DNA of 64,000 nt from Lysobacterales bacterium (GCA_038241735.1 JBBSST010000012.1:9098-73097), one strand, 5' to 3'. Numbered from the stretch's first letter, positions 7,767 through 17,530 are shown. Notes: generated from the sequence alone by a model not told the origin. Numbers and translations: made by a program.

Positions 7767-8393
7767 ATGGCTTTCCCACGCTGTCGTTTTGCCGTATCGA
7801 TGCTCGCTGCGTCGATTTTCCTGCTTGTCATCGCCGGTTGCGCACGGGATGAAACCAGTCCGGCGTCGACGAAGCCATCGACTGCCAACACGGCCCCTGC
7901 GCCACCAGCGATCCCGCAGCACGATCCCACCGCCGCACCGGTTGAGCGCGCCGCGCCGCCGACCGTGCAGTCGGTCGCGCTCGGCAAGTTCGTCGCCGGC
8001 AACGCGGTGGCGGAATCGGCGACGGGCAACTTGACCATCGAGGACACCAGGATCACCGGCACCAACGGCGCGAGCTTCGAGACCGAGCGCGTTGCGCTGG
8101 TCAGCGGGGACGATCAGTACAGTGACGGTGCCCGTTTTGCCGATGCGATGATGATCGAACCGCGCGTGGCTGTGGAATTGCGCCACGTAGTCGAGGAAAC
8201 GGCACCGACCAAACTGCCCGGCGATGCATTTTGCGGCACGACCAAGACCGGCTACCTGGCGTTGGCCAAGATCATGGAAGGTGAAGTCGAAGTGGTGAAG
8301 CTGATGGCGCTCAGTGGCCAGGGCTTGCCGGCGGCATCGGCCACCGATGTGAAGCTGTGCGCGGCAACCGAATATCGATCTGCCGGACACTGA
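7767..8393 (+). CDS. hypothetical lipoprotein
   Basis: ATG at 7767 gives MAFPRCRFAVSMLAASIFLLVIAGC with lipobox LVIAGC, followed by a Pro/Ala/Thr-rich linker. The longer ORF start at 7704 lacks a signal-peptide-like N-terminus. Confidence 0.7.
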   Translation: MAFPRCRFAVSMLAASIFLLVIAGCARDETSPASTKPSTANTAPAPPAIPQHDPTAAPVERAAPPTVQSVALGKFVAGNAVAESATGNLTIEDTRITGTNGASFETERVALVSGDDQYSDGARFADAMMIEPRVAVELRHVVEETAPTKLPGDAFCGTTKTGYLALAKIMEGEVEVVKLMALSGQGLPAASATDVKLCAATEYRSAGH

Positions 8394-8437
8394 GTTCGAG
8401 CGGCGCCATGGCGCGTTGATGGCGACGCTGCGCCGGC

Positions 8438-9346
8438 ATGCTGGAAACGGGCGTTGACACGATGTCGGATGACGATTTGATCGATGGCGCCATGGCCAGC
8501 CGGCTGCAGCTTCCGCGCGGCGAGTGGCACACCGTACTCGACTGCCTGTGCGCGCATTTCCCGGCGATTTCACGTGACCAATGGTGGCAACGGATGGCGC
8601 GCGGGCGTGTGCAGGGTGTCGACGGGAATCCGCTGGCATCGACGCATCCGTATCGCGTGGGGTTGGAGGTGCGCTATTTCCGCGAAGTGGACGACGAGAC
8701 CGTCATTCCGTTTTACGAAACCGTCGTGCATCTCGATGACCACCTGTTGGTCGCCGACAAGCCGCATTTCCTGCCTGTGGTGCCGGCGGGGAAGTACGTC
8801 GAACACACCCTGCTGTCGCGGCTGCGACGCAGGTTCAATAATCCGGATTTGGTGCCGCTGCATCGCATTGATCGCGCCACGGCAGGACTGGTGTTGTTCT
8901 CGGCCAACCGCGACACGCGGGCACGCTACCAGGCGCTGTTTCGCGAGCAGCGGATCGAAAAAACCTATGAAGCCATCGCGGCAGCCCTGCCGATGCAGGT
9001 GTTTCCCATGGTGCATTGTTCGCGATTGGCCAGGGGCGAGCCGTTCTTCCGCATGCGCGAAACCTGCGGCGATGCCAACAGCGAGACCCGCATTGGCGTG
9101 CTGGAATCATTGGGGTCGACATGGCGCTATCGACTGCAGCCGGTCACGGGCAAGAAACACCAGCTGCGCGTGCACATGGCGGCCTTGGGGGCGGCGATCG
9201 TCAATGATGACTGCTACCCCGAACTGGCCGTCGAACCGGAGACGCCGGATTTCACGCGGCCGTTGAAGCTGCTGGCACGTCGGCTGGCGTTCAATGATCC
9301 GATAACCGGGCAGGCGCGTGGGTTTGATAGCTTGCGGGAGCTGTGA
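8438..9346 (+). CDS. RluA-family pseudouridine synthase
   Basis: The catalytic HRIDRATAGLVLF motif and the KTYEAI block are present. Alternative start at 8462 (MSDDDL). Confidence 0.85.
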   Translation: MLETGVDTMSDDDLIDGAMASRLQLPRGEWHTVLDCLCAHFPAISRDQWWQRMARGRVQGVDGNPLASTHPYRVGLEVRYFREVDDETVIPFYETVVHLDDHLLVADKPHFLPVVPAGKYVEHTLLSRLRRRFNNPDLVPLHRIDRATAGLVLFSANRDTRARYQALFREQRIEKTYEAIAAALPMQVFPMVHCSRLARGEPFFRMRETCGDANSETRIGVLESLGSTWRYRLQPVTGKKHQLRVHMAALGAAIVNDDCYPELAVEPETPDFTRPLKLLARRLAFNDPITGQARGFDSLREL

Positions 9347-9382
9347 CGTTTTTTTTGCAAAATCCGCAGGAAGGATTCGCGC

Positions 9383-10639
9383 CTAGATTGGCGGCGCCGC
9401 GCCAGCTTCCGCAAGCCATGCCACGGCTCCCTCACCGGCGCGTTTGCCGCTGGCGAAGCATGCCGTGAGCAGGTAGCCACCGGTCGGTGCTTCCCAGTCG
9501 AGCATTTCGCCGGCGCAAAAGATGCCTCCCGGCAAGCGTCCGGGAATGGTGTGCAACATGAGATCGGCATCCAGCGCTTCAAGGCGCACGCCGCCGGCAC
9601 TGCTGATGGCTTCGGCCAGGGGGCGGGGGCGCTTCAACAGCAAGGGCAGGCGTTTGATGGTGGCGGCGAGCGTCGCCGGTTCTTCCATCGCGCTGCGATC
9701 CAGGACCTCGCGCAGCAGTGCGCGTTTCACCCCCGACAGCCCGGTCTGGCGGCGCAGGTGCTCGGCAAGCGTGCGGTGGCCGCGCGGCTTTGCCAGGGCG
9801 TCCTTTAAGCGTGATTGTTCGCGGTTCGGTGCAAGGTCCAGGTGCAGCAACGCGCTGCCGTCGCGACCGATGGCATCGCGCAGGTCGGCAGACAGCGCGT
9901 AGACCAGGCTGCCTTCGATGCCGCTGGCGGTCGCCACGCATTCGCCCTGCAGTTGATGCTGGACACCGTCGGCGTCGCGCCAATGTGCGATCACCGGCTT
10001 CAGCGGGGCGCCGGCGTGGTGCTGGGCGAAATGCGAGCTCCAATCGATATCGAAACCGCAGTTGGACGCTTGCAACGGTGCGACATCGACACCGCGTTGG
10101 TGCAGGATCTCCTGCCATGCGCCGTCGGATCCAAGCTGCGGCCAACTGCCGCCGCCCAGCGCCAGCACAACGGCGTCGGCGTGCACGTCGCGTTCGCCAT
10201 CGGCTGTCGAAAAACGCAGGTCACCTTCATCGTTCCAGCCGGTCCATCGATGATGTACATGGAAGCGCACGCCCTGGTCGCGAAGGCGCCGCACCCAGCC
10301 ACGCAGCAGCGGCGCGGCCTTGAGGTCGGCGGGAAACACGCGACCGGAGCTGCCCACGAAGGTCTCCACGCCAAGCCCGCGCGCCCATCCACGCAAGGCC
10401 TCGGCGTCAAAATCATGCAGCCACGCAGCCACGGCCTGTTCACGCGTGCGATAGCGCCGTGCGAACGCCGGCATTGGCTCGGAATGGGTGAGGTTGAGCC
10501 CGCCCTTGCCGGCGATCAGGAACTTGCGACCGACCGATCCCTTGGCATCGAACAGGTCGACGTCGACGTCCGCCGCCCGCGCGACCTCTGCGGCCATCAG
10601 CCCGGCTGGCCCGCCGCCGATGATCGCCAGCGTGCTCAC
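9383..10639 (-). CDS. NAD(P)/FAD-dependent oxidoreductase, HI0933/BaiN-like flavoprotein paralogue (TIGR03862-like)
   Basis: GTG start at 10639 gives VSTLAIIGGGPAGLMAAEV (GxGxxG). C-terminal GGYLLTACFASGKRAG motif. The start overlaps the upstream paralogue's stop (GTGA). The 593-aa ORF-track version is an over-extension. Confidence 0.8.
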   Translation of the reverse strand: MSTLAIIGGGPAGLMAAEVARAADVDVDLFDAKGSVGRKFLIAGKGGLNLTHSEPMPAFARRYRTREQAVAAWLHDFDAEALRGWARGLGVETFVGSSGRVFPADLKAAPLLRGWVRRLRDQGVRFHVHHRWTGWNDEGDLRFSTADGERDVHADAVVLALGGGSWPQLGSDGAWQEILHQRGVDVAPLQASNCGFDIDWSSHFAQHHAGAPLKPVIAHWRDADGVQHQLQGECVATASGIEGSLVYALSADLRDAIGRDGSALLHLDLAPNREQSRLKDALAKPRGHRTLAEHLRRQTGLSGVKRALLREVLDRSAMEEPATLAATIKRLPLLLKRPRPLAEAISSAGGVRLEALDADLMLHTIPGRLPGGIFCAGEMLDWEAPTGGYLLTACFASGKRAGEGAVAWLAEAGAAPPI

Positions 10640-11817
10640 GCGACCTCTCCGGCGGCACGGCCCGATGCCCACGCCCATTGGAAGTTGTAGCCACCGAGCC
10701 AGCCACTGACATCGACCACCTCGCCGATGAAGTACAGCCCCGGCACGCGGTTTGATTGCATGGTGGTGGACGAAAGTCCGCGCGTATCGATGCCGCCCAG
10801 GGTGACTTCCGCCGTGCGATAGCCTTCGGTGCCGCTGGCCGTAACCGGCCAATGGCGCAGTTGCGCAGCGATGACACGCAACTCGCGTTCGTCGTACTGG
10901 CGCAGCGGCTTGTTTGCGAACCAGTGCTCGCACAAACGCTGCGCAAACCGTTTTGGCAGCACCTCGGCCAACACCGTCTTCAGCTCGCTGGCAGGATGCG
11001 CGTGACGTTGTGCGCTCAGCCATGCGTCGGCGTCGATGCCCGGCAGCAGGTCGAGATGCAGGGCATCGCCGGGTTGCCAGTACGAGGAGATCTGCAGGAT
11101 CGATGGTCCACTCAGGCCGCGATGGGTGACCAGCATGAAGTTGCGGAACGATTGGCCGTTGCACGTCGCCTCGACCGGCAACGCCACGCCACTGAGATCC
11201 TGCAGGCGCTCGGAGTGCGTGCCGCTCAACGTCAATGGCACAAGGCCGGCGCGCGTGGGCAGTACGTCGTGGCCAAACCGGCGCGCGAGTTCATATCCCC
11301 ATCCGCTTGCACCCATGCTCGGGATCGACAGCCCCCCGCTGGCGACCACCAGCGATGGACTGGTGAATGCACCCAGCGTGGTGCGCAATGCGAAGCCATC
11401 GGCATCGTGTTGCACGGTGTCGATGCTGCACCCGGTTTCAATGCGCACGCCAGCGGCGCTGCACGCATCGACCAGCATGTGCACGATCTGTTTCGATGAG
11501 GTATCGCAGAACAGCTGCCCGAGTTCCTTTTCGTGGTACGCAATGCCGTGCTGCTCGACCATGGCGATGAAATCCGCCGGCGTGTAGCGCGCCAATGCCG
11601 ACTTGCAGTAATGCGGATTGGCCGACAGGAAGTGGCCCGGCTGCGTGCCGGTATTGGTGAAATTGCAGCGCCCGCCGCCCGACATCAGGATCTTCTTGCC
11701 GACCCTGTTGGCATGCTCGATCACCAGCACGCGTCGCCCGCGTTGCCCGGCAGTCAACGCGCACATCAGCCCGGCGGCGCCGGCACCGACGATCACCACG
11801 TCGAACGATCCGGTCAT
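10636..11817 (-). CDS. HI0933/YhiN/BaiN-family NAD(P)/FAD-dependent oxidoreductase
   Basis: 393 aa. MTGSFDVVIVGAGAAGLMCA...GGGRCNFTN at the N-terminus and GGYNFQWAWASGRAAG at the C-terminus are family hallmarks. Confidence 0.9.
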   Translation of the reverse strand: MTGSFDVVIVGAGAAGLMCALTAGQRGRRVLVIEHANRVGKKILMSGGGRCNFTNTGTQPGHFLSANPHYCKSALARYTPADFIAMVEQHGIAYHEKELGQLFCDTSSKQIVHMLVDACSAAGVRIETGCSIDTVQHDADGFALRTTLGAFTSPSLVVASGGLSIPSMGASGWGYELARRFGHDVLPTRAGLVPLTLSGTHSERLQDLSGVALPVEATCNGQSFRNFMLVTHRGLSGPSILQISSYWQPGDALHLDLLPGIDADAWLSAQRHAHPASELKTVLAEVLPKRFAQRLCEHWFANKPLRQYDERELRVIAAQLRHWPVTASGTEGYRTAEVTLGGIDTRGLSSTTMQSNRVPGLYFIGEVVDVSGWLGGYNFQWAWASGRAAGEVA

Positions 11818-11821
11818 GCCG

Positions 11822-12379
11822 TCAGCGCGGCCGCGCGGAGGGCGCCATGCGCACGTTGCACTCGACGGTCAGCGACATGCCTTCACCGTACAGTTCGACC
11901 TGGCCATCCTGGACCATGCTCTGCAGGCGGATGCTGCGATCGGCGATGGCCACCAGCGCGGCGATGGTGGCGCTGCCAATATCGAGCACGGTGAGGTTGT
12001 CGATGCGCGCCAACGTCGCGTGATTTTTTTCCCACCAGATATCGGCGCTGCGTCCGCTGTAATTGATGACGACGACCTCGCGGGCACGGCCGCAGGCCTT
12101 GCGGATGCGCGATTCGTCGGGCTGGCCGAGGTCGATCCACAGCTCGATCTCGCCGCTGAGCGACTTGCGCCACAGGTCGGGTTCATCGTCGCTGCTCAGG
12201 CCACGACCGAATTCAAGCGCCTCATCGGCATACAGCACGAACGCCAGCAATCGCACCATCAGCCGCTCGTCGGTTTCGGATGGATGGCGTGCCAGGGTCA
12301 GTGCATGGGTGGCGTAATAATGCCGATCCATGTCGCTGACCTGTACTTCGGCTTTGTAAATGGTGGATTTGATCGCCAT
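11822..12379 (-). CDS. yaeQ: YaeQ family protein (PD-(D/E)xK-like)
   Basis: ATG at 12379. MAIKSTIYKAEVQVSDMDRHYY..LTLARHPSETDERLMVRLLAF closely parallels E. coli YaeQ as I recall it. Its stop lies 4 nt before the next gene's start. Confidence 0.9.
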   Translation of the reverse strand: MAIKSTIYKAEVQVSDMDRHYYATHALTLARHPSETDERLMVRLLAFVLYADEALEFGRGLSSDDEPDLWRKSLSGEIELWIDLGQPDESRIRKACGRAREVVVINYSGRSADIWWEKNHATLARIDNLTVLDIGSATIAALVAIADRSIRLQSMVQDGQVELYGEGMSLTVECNVRMAPSARPR

Positions 12380-12572
12380 GTGGCCTGAGCAAGGAAGGTG
12401 GTCGATGCCTAGTGTAGATGCGGCTGCAGGAGCGGCGCAGCATCGGGGGCATGCCGATTCCCGATTCCGGGCGCGTTGTTTGCCTGCAATGGCGGCGGTT
12501 GAACCCGACCACGACTTGCATCCACCCGTGGCCCGCAACGGCAGGCAGGTGCTCGAATCGACGGTCGGCCGA

Positions 12573-12600
12573 TAGGCAAGCTGCCGGGCTTCCGTAGAAT
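12573..12600 (+). promoter_or_regulatory. possible promoter (TAGGCA-16 nt-TAGAAT) only 6 nt upstream of the trhO ATG
   Basis: The -10-like TAGAAT is at 12595-12600 and the ATG at 12607, with no SD between them. Prediction by eye only. Confidence 0.25.
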
Positions 12601-12606
12601 GCCGGG

Positions 12607-13368
12607 ATGATCACCAATATCGCCGCCTACCACTTCGTCGCCATCGATGCGCCGGAAACACTGGCCACGCACGTGCAGGCATGGGCGGAGCAAGCAGAAT
12701 TGCTTGGCTCGGTACTACTGGCGGGCGAGGGCATCAACCTGTTCCTGGCCGGGTCGTCGACCGGCATCGAGGACTTCCTGGGGCAATTGCGCGGTGATGC
12801 ACGCCTGGCCGGTTTGCGGGTGAAGTACAGCGTCAGCGATATGCCGCCCTTTGCACGCCTGAAGGTGAAAGTGAAGCCTGAGATCATTGCCTTCCGCCGC
12901 AGCGACGCGTCGCCCCTGCGCGGGCGTGCGCCGGCGGTGGCGCCGCTGGACCTGGCGCGCTGGATCGCGCAGGGCAGCGATGATGCCGGCAACCCGCTGG
13001 TGTTGCTGGACACACGCAACCGTGAAGAAGTCGCCTTTGGCACGTTTGCCGGCGCGATGACCCTGCCGATCGACAGTTTTACCCAGTTGCCCGATGCGCT
13101 GGCGCCGCACTGCGCCGCGCTGGCCGACGCCACCGTGGTGAGCTTTTGCACGGGCGGCATCCGCTGTGAAAAGGCCGCACTTTGGATGCGCGCCAATGGC
13201 ATCGACAAGGTCTTGCAGCTCGATGGCGGCATCCTGGGTTATTTCGAGCACGCAGGCGGGGTGGGCTACGACGGCCACTGCTTCGTGTTCGACGAACGCA
13301 TCGCCTTGGACGCCCGCTTGCGCCCGATTGCGGGAATGCCGCCTGAGCATGACAGGCAAGCCGCATGA
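12607..13368 (+). CDS. trhO: rhodanese-domain tRNA uridine(34) hydroxylase TrhO (YceA/UPF0176)
   Basis: GEGINLFLAG in the N-terminal domain, FCTGGIRCEKA in the rhodanese active-site loop, and FVFDERIALD. Confidence 0.9.
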   Translation: MITNIAAYHFVAIDAPETLATHVQAWAEQAELLGSVLLAGEGINLFLAGSSTGIEDFLGQLRGDARLAGLRVKYSVSDMPPFARLKVKVKPEIIAFRRSDASPLRGRAPAVAPLDLARWIAQGSDDAGNPLVLLDTRNREEVAFGTFAGAMTLPIDSFTQLPDALAPHCAALADATVVSFCTGGIRCEKAALWMRANGIDKVLQLDGGILGYFEHAGGVGYDGHCFVFDERIALDARLRPIAGMPPEHDRQAA

Positions 13369-13541
13369 GCTGGCTGGGAATCATCGTGATCATCATTGGC
13401 CTGTACCTGGCCTTCAAGGTGGTCAGCGTGGCGCTGAAGGTGGTGCTGTGGATGCTGGTCGTGGTGGCCGGCTATTGGTTCCTGGCCCCATTTTTTGGCT
13501 GGCCGCCGCTGGCCGAAGTGATCCACGTGCTTGGACCGTAG
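13365..13541 (+). CDS. small hydrophobic membrane peptide (58 aa), translationally coupled to trhO
   Basis: Not in the ORF track because it is under 60 aa. The ATG overlaps the trhO stop (ATGA at 13365-13368). Sequence MSWLGIIVIIIGLYLAFKVVSVALKVVLWMLVVVAGYWFLAPFFGWPPLAEVIHVLGP has two predicted TM helices and GC-rich third positions. Confidence 0.5.
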   Translation: MSWLGIIVIIIGLYLAFKVVSVALKVVLWMLVVVAGYWFLAPFFGWPPLAEVIHVLGP

Positions 13542-13568
13542 CAGGCGCTCACGCGATTACCCGCACGC

Positions 13569-13591
13569 AAAAAAGCGCCCCATCGGGCGTT
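13569..13591 (-). terminator. putative intrinsic terminator downstream of deaD
   Basis: On the minus strand: CGCCC-GATG-GGGCG stem-loop followed by TTTTTT. The stem is short (5 GC pairs). Confidence 0.45.
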
Positions 13592-13716
13592 CCTGCCAGC
13601 GGAATCCGAAGGCGCACATCGACATCACAGGCGTGCAAGCGCCGGGGGTGTGACCCCGACCTGCGGGTTTCAAGACGTGGCCAGGGTCGCCATGGGCGAT
13701 CCTGCCGATCGACCGA

Positions 13717-15654
13717 TTATCGCGGTCGCTTGAAGCCTGGTTTGCGCGGACCACCGGGGCCGCCGGGGCCGCCCGGGCCACGCGGCTTGCCCGGGAACGC
13801 ACGCTTGCCCTGCGGCAAGGCCGCGTGGGTATCGGCGGCTTCGGCCGGCCGCATCCGCAGCTGCTGGCCGGCGACGCGCACGCGCTTGAGGTGCTCGAGC
13901 AGTTCGCTCGGCATGCCTTCGGGCAAATCAACCAGGCTGTAATCGTCGCGGATGTCGATGCGGCCGATGTAGCGGCTTTCCAGGTCTGCTTCGTTGGCAA
14001 TGGCGCCGACGATATTGCCCGGCTGCACGCCGTGGCTGTGGCCGACTTCGATGCGGAAGGTTTCCATGCCCGTTTCGACGCCAGCCCCGGCATCGTTGTG
14101 TTTGCCACGCGAAGGCGCCGGTGGTGCGCTGTCGAACAAGGCCTCGCCGGCATTGGCATCCAGGCGCGGCGGGGTGAACTGGCGTTCGGTGTGGCGCGCG
14201 GCCGGCGCGCGCTCGTGGCGCTCGGGCCGTTGCGGTTCATGCCGCGCGCCGCGATCCGCCGACGGTGCGTAACCGTCATCGCGCGACGGACGTGCGTGTT
14301 GCACGCGCTCCGGCGCGGCGGGCAGCAGCAGCGGTGTATCACCTTGCACCAGCTTGGCCAGGGCCGCCGCGATCTCGATGGCCGGCACGTTCTGCTCGCG
14401 CTCGTAGCGTTCCACCAGGTCGCGGTAGATGCCGATGTCGGTCGACTCGGTTGCGCCACTGATGCGGCCCAGGAAGCGCGCGACGCGCTGGTCGTTGACG
14501 GCATCGATGCTGGGCAGCTGCATCGGTTCGATCTTCTGCCGGGTAGCCCGTTCAATCGCGCCCAGCATGCCGCGCTCGCGCGGCGCCACGAACAGGATCG
14601 CCTCGCCGCTGCGTCCTGCGCGGCCGGTGCGGCCGATGCGGTGGACGTAGCTTTCAGTGTCGTAGGGGATGTCGTAATTGAGCACGTGGCTGATGCGGTC
14701 GACATCAAGACCGCGTGCGGCCACGTCGGTGGCGACCAGGATATCGATGCGGCCATCCTTGAGCGACTGCACCATCTTTTCGCGCTGCTTTTGCTCGACG
14801 TCGCCGTGGATGGCGGCGGCCGACAATCCGCGCGCGGCCAGTTTTTCGGCCAGCTCCTGCGCACCCAGCTTGGTGCGCGCGAATACCAGCATGCCGTCGT
14901 AGGTCTCGGCCTCGAGGATCCGGGTCAGGGCATCGAGCTTGTTGACGCCGCTGACCATCCAGTAACGCTGGCGGATGTTCTTGGCGGTGGCGGTGCTGGA
15001 CTTGATCGCGATCTCGATCGGGTCTTTCAGGTAGGTCTGGGCGATGCGGCGGATCTGCTGCGGCATGGTCGCCGAGAACAGCGCCACCTGGCGGTTCTCC
15101 GGGGTTTTCTTCAGCACGGTCTCGACATCGTCGATGAAACCCATCCGCAGCATTTCGTCGGCCTCGTCAAGCACCAGGCAGCGCAGCTCCGACAGGTCCA
15201 GCGAGCCGCGCGTCAAATGGTCGATGACGCGACCCGGCGTGCCAACCACCACATGCACGCCGCGCTTGAGCGCCGACAGCTGCGGCGCATAGCCCTGGCC
15301 GCCGTAGATCGGCAGGACGTGGAATCGCGGCATGTGCGCGGCATACGTGTGGAAGGCCTCGGCCACCTGGATGGCCAGCTCACGGGTCGGGGCCAGCACC
15401 AGCGCCTGCGGCTTGATCCGCGTGGGATCGATCTTGGCGAGGATCGGCAGCGCAAACGCGGCGGTCTTGCCGGTACCGGTCTGGGCCTGGCCGAGCACGT
15501 CGCGGCCGGCCAGCAGTGGCGGGATGGTCGCGGCCTGGATGGGCGACGGTGACTCGTAACCGACAGCCGTCAGCGCCTGCAGCAGGTATTCGGGCAGGTC
15601 GAGGTCGGTGAACTTCGTGCTGTCGGCGGGGGCGGGAGTAGGTTCAGCGCTCAT
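13717..15654 (-). CDS. deaD: DEAD-box ATP-dependent RNA helicase DeaD/CsdA-like with DbpA-type RNA-binding domain and basic Gly/Pro tail
   Basis: AQTGTGKTAAF (motif I), DEAD, SAT and HRIGRTGRAG motifs. ATG 15654 (MSAEPTP) is preferred over the upstream GTG at 15681. The C-terminus reads PGKPRGPGGPGGPGGPRKPGFKRPR. Confidence 0.9.
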   Translation of the reverse strand: MSAEPTPAPADSTKFTDLDLPEYLLQALTAVGYESPSPIQAATIPPLLAGRDVLGQAQTGTGKTAAFALPILAKIDPTRIKPQALVLAPTRELAIQVAEAFHTYAAHMPRFHVLPIYGGQGYAPQLSALKRGVHVVVGTPGRVIDHLTRGSLDLSELRCLVLDEADEMLRMGFIDDVETVLKKTPENRQVALFSATMPQQIRRIAQTYLKDPIEIAIKSSTATAKNIRQRYWMVSGVNKLDALTRILEAETYDGMLVFARTKLGAQELAEKLAARGLSAAAIHGDVEQKQREKMVQSLKDGRIDILVATDVAARGLDVDRISHVLNYDIPYDTESYVHRIGRTGRAGRSGEAILFVAPRERGMLGAIERATRQKIEPMQLPSIDAVNDQRVARFLGRISGATESTDIGIYRDLVERYEREQNVPAIEIAAALAKLVQGDTPLLLPAAPERVQHARPSRDDGYAPSADRGARHEPQRPERHERAPAARHTERQFTPPRLDANAGEALFDSAPPAPSRGKHNDAGAGVETGMETFRIEVGHSHGVQPGNIVGAIANEADLESRYIGRIDIRDDYSLVDLPEGMPSELLEHLKRVRVAGQQLRMRPAEAADTHAALPQGKRAFPGKPRGPGGPGGPGGPRKPGFKRPR

Positions 15655-15856
15655 GACGGTCTCTTCAAGGTGGTGTGGCACGCCAATCGCTTGCGTGCCC
15701 TCCTGGCGGCCTGCCCTGGGTCAGCGGGAGGGCGGAGGATGGGGATTGATTCGGTCGATTTGAACCTGGGTCCAGTCCGAATCCATGGCGCCGGTACGGC
15801 GCAGGCATAGACGCACAGTTTAACGGCATGCACGCGCCAGCGAATAAGCTGTCTGC

Positions 15857-17434
15857 ATGGAACTGCACACGCTGCGCTTCGACAACAGCTTTATTCGTGA
15901 ACTTCCCGGCGACCCCGATGCCACTCCTGGCATTCGCCAGGTGCACGGCGCCTTGTGGTCCAGCGTGACGCCGACGCCGGTTGCCGCGCCGCGATTGCTG
16001 GCGTATTCGGCCGAAATGGCGGCGTTGCTGGGGTGGCGGGCGGACGAGCTGGTCGCGCCGCGTGACAGGGACCGGTTTGCGCAGGTGTTTGCCGGCAATG
16101 TCCTGTTGCCGGGCATGCAGCCGTATGCGGTCAACTACGGCGGCCACCAGTTTGGCCATTGGGCCGGGCAGTTGGGCGATGGACGCGCGATTTCGCTGGG
16201 CGAAGTGCTCAACGCCGCCGGCCAGCGCTGGGAACTGCAGCTCAAGGGCGCCGGCTTGACCCCGTATTCGCGTGGCGCCGATGGCCGAGCCGTGTTGCGC
16301 TCATCGATCCGCGAATTCCTGTGCAGCGAGGCCATGCATCATCTCGGCGTGCCGACCACGCGCGCGCTGTCGCTGGTGGCGACCGGCGAGGCGGTGGTGC
16401 GCGACATGTTCTACGACGGCCATGCGCAGGCCGAACCCGGGGCGATCGTCTGCCGCGCGGCGCCGTCGTTCATCCGCTTCGGCAGTTTTGAGCTGCCTGC
16501 ATCGCGCGGCGACGTGGCGCTGCTCCGGCAGCTGGTGGATTTCACCATCCGCCGCGATTTCCCGGAGCTCTCGGGCAGCGGCGAGGCCTTGTATGCCGAC
16601 TGGTTCGCCCAGGTCTGTGAACGCACCGCGGTGACCATCGCGCACTGGATGCGGGTGGGTTTCGTGCATGGCGTGATGAACACCGACAACCTGTCGATCC
16701 TCGGGTTGACCATCGATTACGGTCCCTATGGCTGGATCGACAACTACGACCAGGACTGGACGCCCAACACCACCGACGCGCAGGGCCGACGCTACCGTTT
16801 TGGCTGGCAAGCGAAGGTCGCGCACTGGAACCTGACGCGGCTTGCGCAGGCGCTATCGCCGCTGTTTGGTTCGGTCGAGCCCCTGCAGGCGGGCCTGGAT
16901 CACTACGCACAGGCCTACGCGCGCGCCGACCGCGACAACATCGCGCGCAAGCTGGGCCTGGCGCAATGCCGCGACGACGATGTGATCCTGGCCACTGACC
17001 TGCACACGCTGCTGCAATCGGCCGAAGTGGACATGACGATCTTTTTTCGCGCCCTGGCCGATCTGGATGCGCAGGCGCCCTCGCTGGATCCGATGCGCGA
17101 TGCGTTTTACGACGAGGCCAAGCGGCTGCAGGCGCAAGCCGCGTTCGCTGCGTGGCTGGCGCGTTACGCCGCGCGGCTGGGCGATGATCCGCTTGCGCCG
17201 CAGCAGCGCCATGCGCGCATGCAGGCGGCCAATCCCAAATACGTGCTGCGCAATTACCTTGCCCAGCAGGCCATCGACCGTGCCGGGCAGGGCGACGATG
17301 GCGGCGTGATCGAGTTGCTGGAGGTCATGCGCAGGCCGTATGAGGAGCAACCCGGCCGCGAGGCGTTCGCGTGCAAGCGGCCTGACTGGGCGCGCGATCG
17401 CGCCGGATGCTCGATGTTGTCGTGCAGTTCTTAG
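15857..17434 (+). CDS. selO: protein adenylyltransferase (AMPylase) SelO/YdiU
   Basis: 525 aa. Family blocks: [56 protein letters not shown]. Confidence 0.92.
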   Translation: MELHTLRFDNSFIRELPGDPDATPGIRQVHGALWSSVTPTPVAAPRLLAYSAEMAALLGWRADELVAPRDRDRFAQVFAGNVLLPGMQPYAVNYGGHQFGHWAGQLGDGRAISLGEVLNAAGQRWELQLKGAGLTPYSRGADGRAVLRSSIREFLCSEAMHHLGVPTTRALSLVATGEAVVRDMFYDGHAQAEPGAIVCRAAPSFIRFGSFELPASRGDVALLRQLVDFTIRRDFPELSGSGEALYADWFAQVCERTAVTIAHWMRVGFVHGVMNTDNLSILGLTIDYGPYGWIDNYDQDWTPNTTDAQGRRYRFGWQAKVAHWNLTRLAQALSPLFGSVEPLQAGLDHYAQAYARADRDNIARKLGLAQCRDDDVILATDLHTLLQSAEVDMTIFFRALADLDAQAPSLDPMRDAFYDEAKRLQAQAAFAAWLARYAARLGDDPLAPQQRHARMQAANPKYVLRNYLAQQAIDRAGQGDDGGVIELLEVMRRPYEEQPGREAFACKRPDWARDRAGCSMLSCSS

Positions 17435-17530
17435 GGCCGGGCACTATTCCGGGACGATGTTGCGACCCACTGGTGCGAGCCGCTGGCGGCGTTGCCCCGA
17501 CCCGCGCGATATCCGTCCCGCGCGGGAATG

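Noticed and set aside
10640-11164. N-terminal 175 codons of the 593-aa version of ORF 9383..11164
   Set aside because: This part runs out of frame through the upstream flavoprotein gene and is Arg/Pro-rich. The Rossmann motif begins right after the GTG at 10639, which overlaps the upstream stop.
13825-15552. 575-aa plus-strand ORF antisense to deaD
   Set aside because: All the DEAD-box motifs are on the minus strand. The plus-frame product has no recognisable features.
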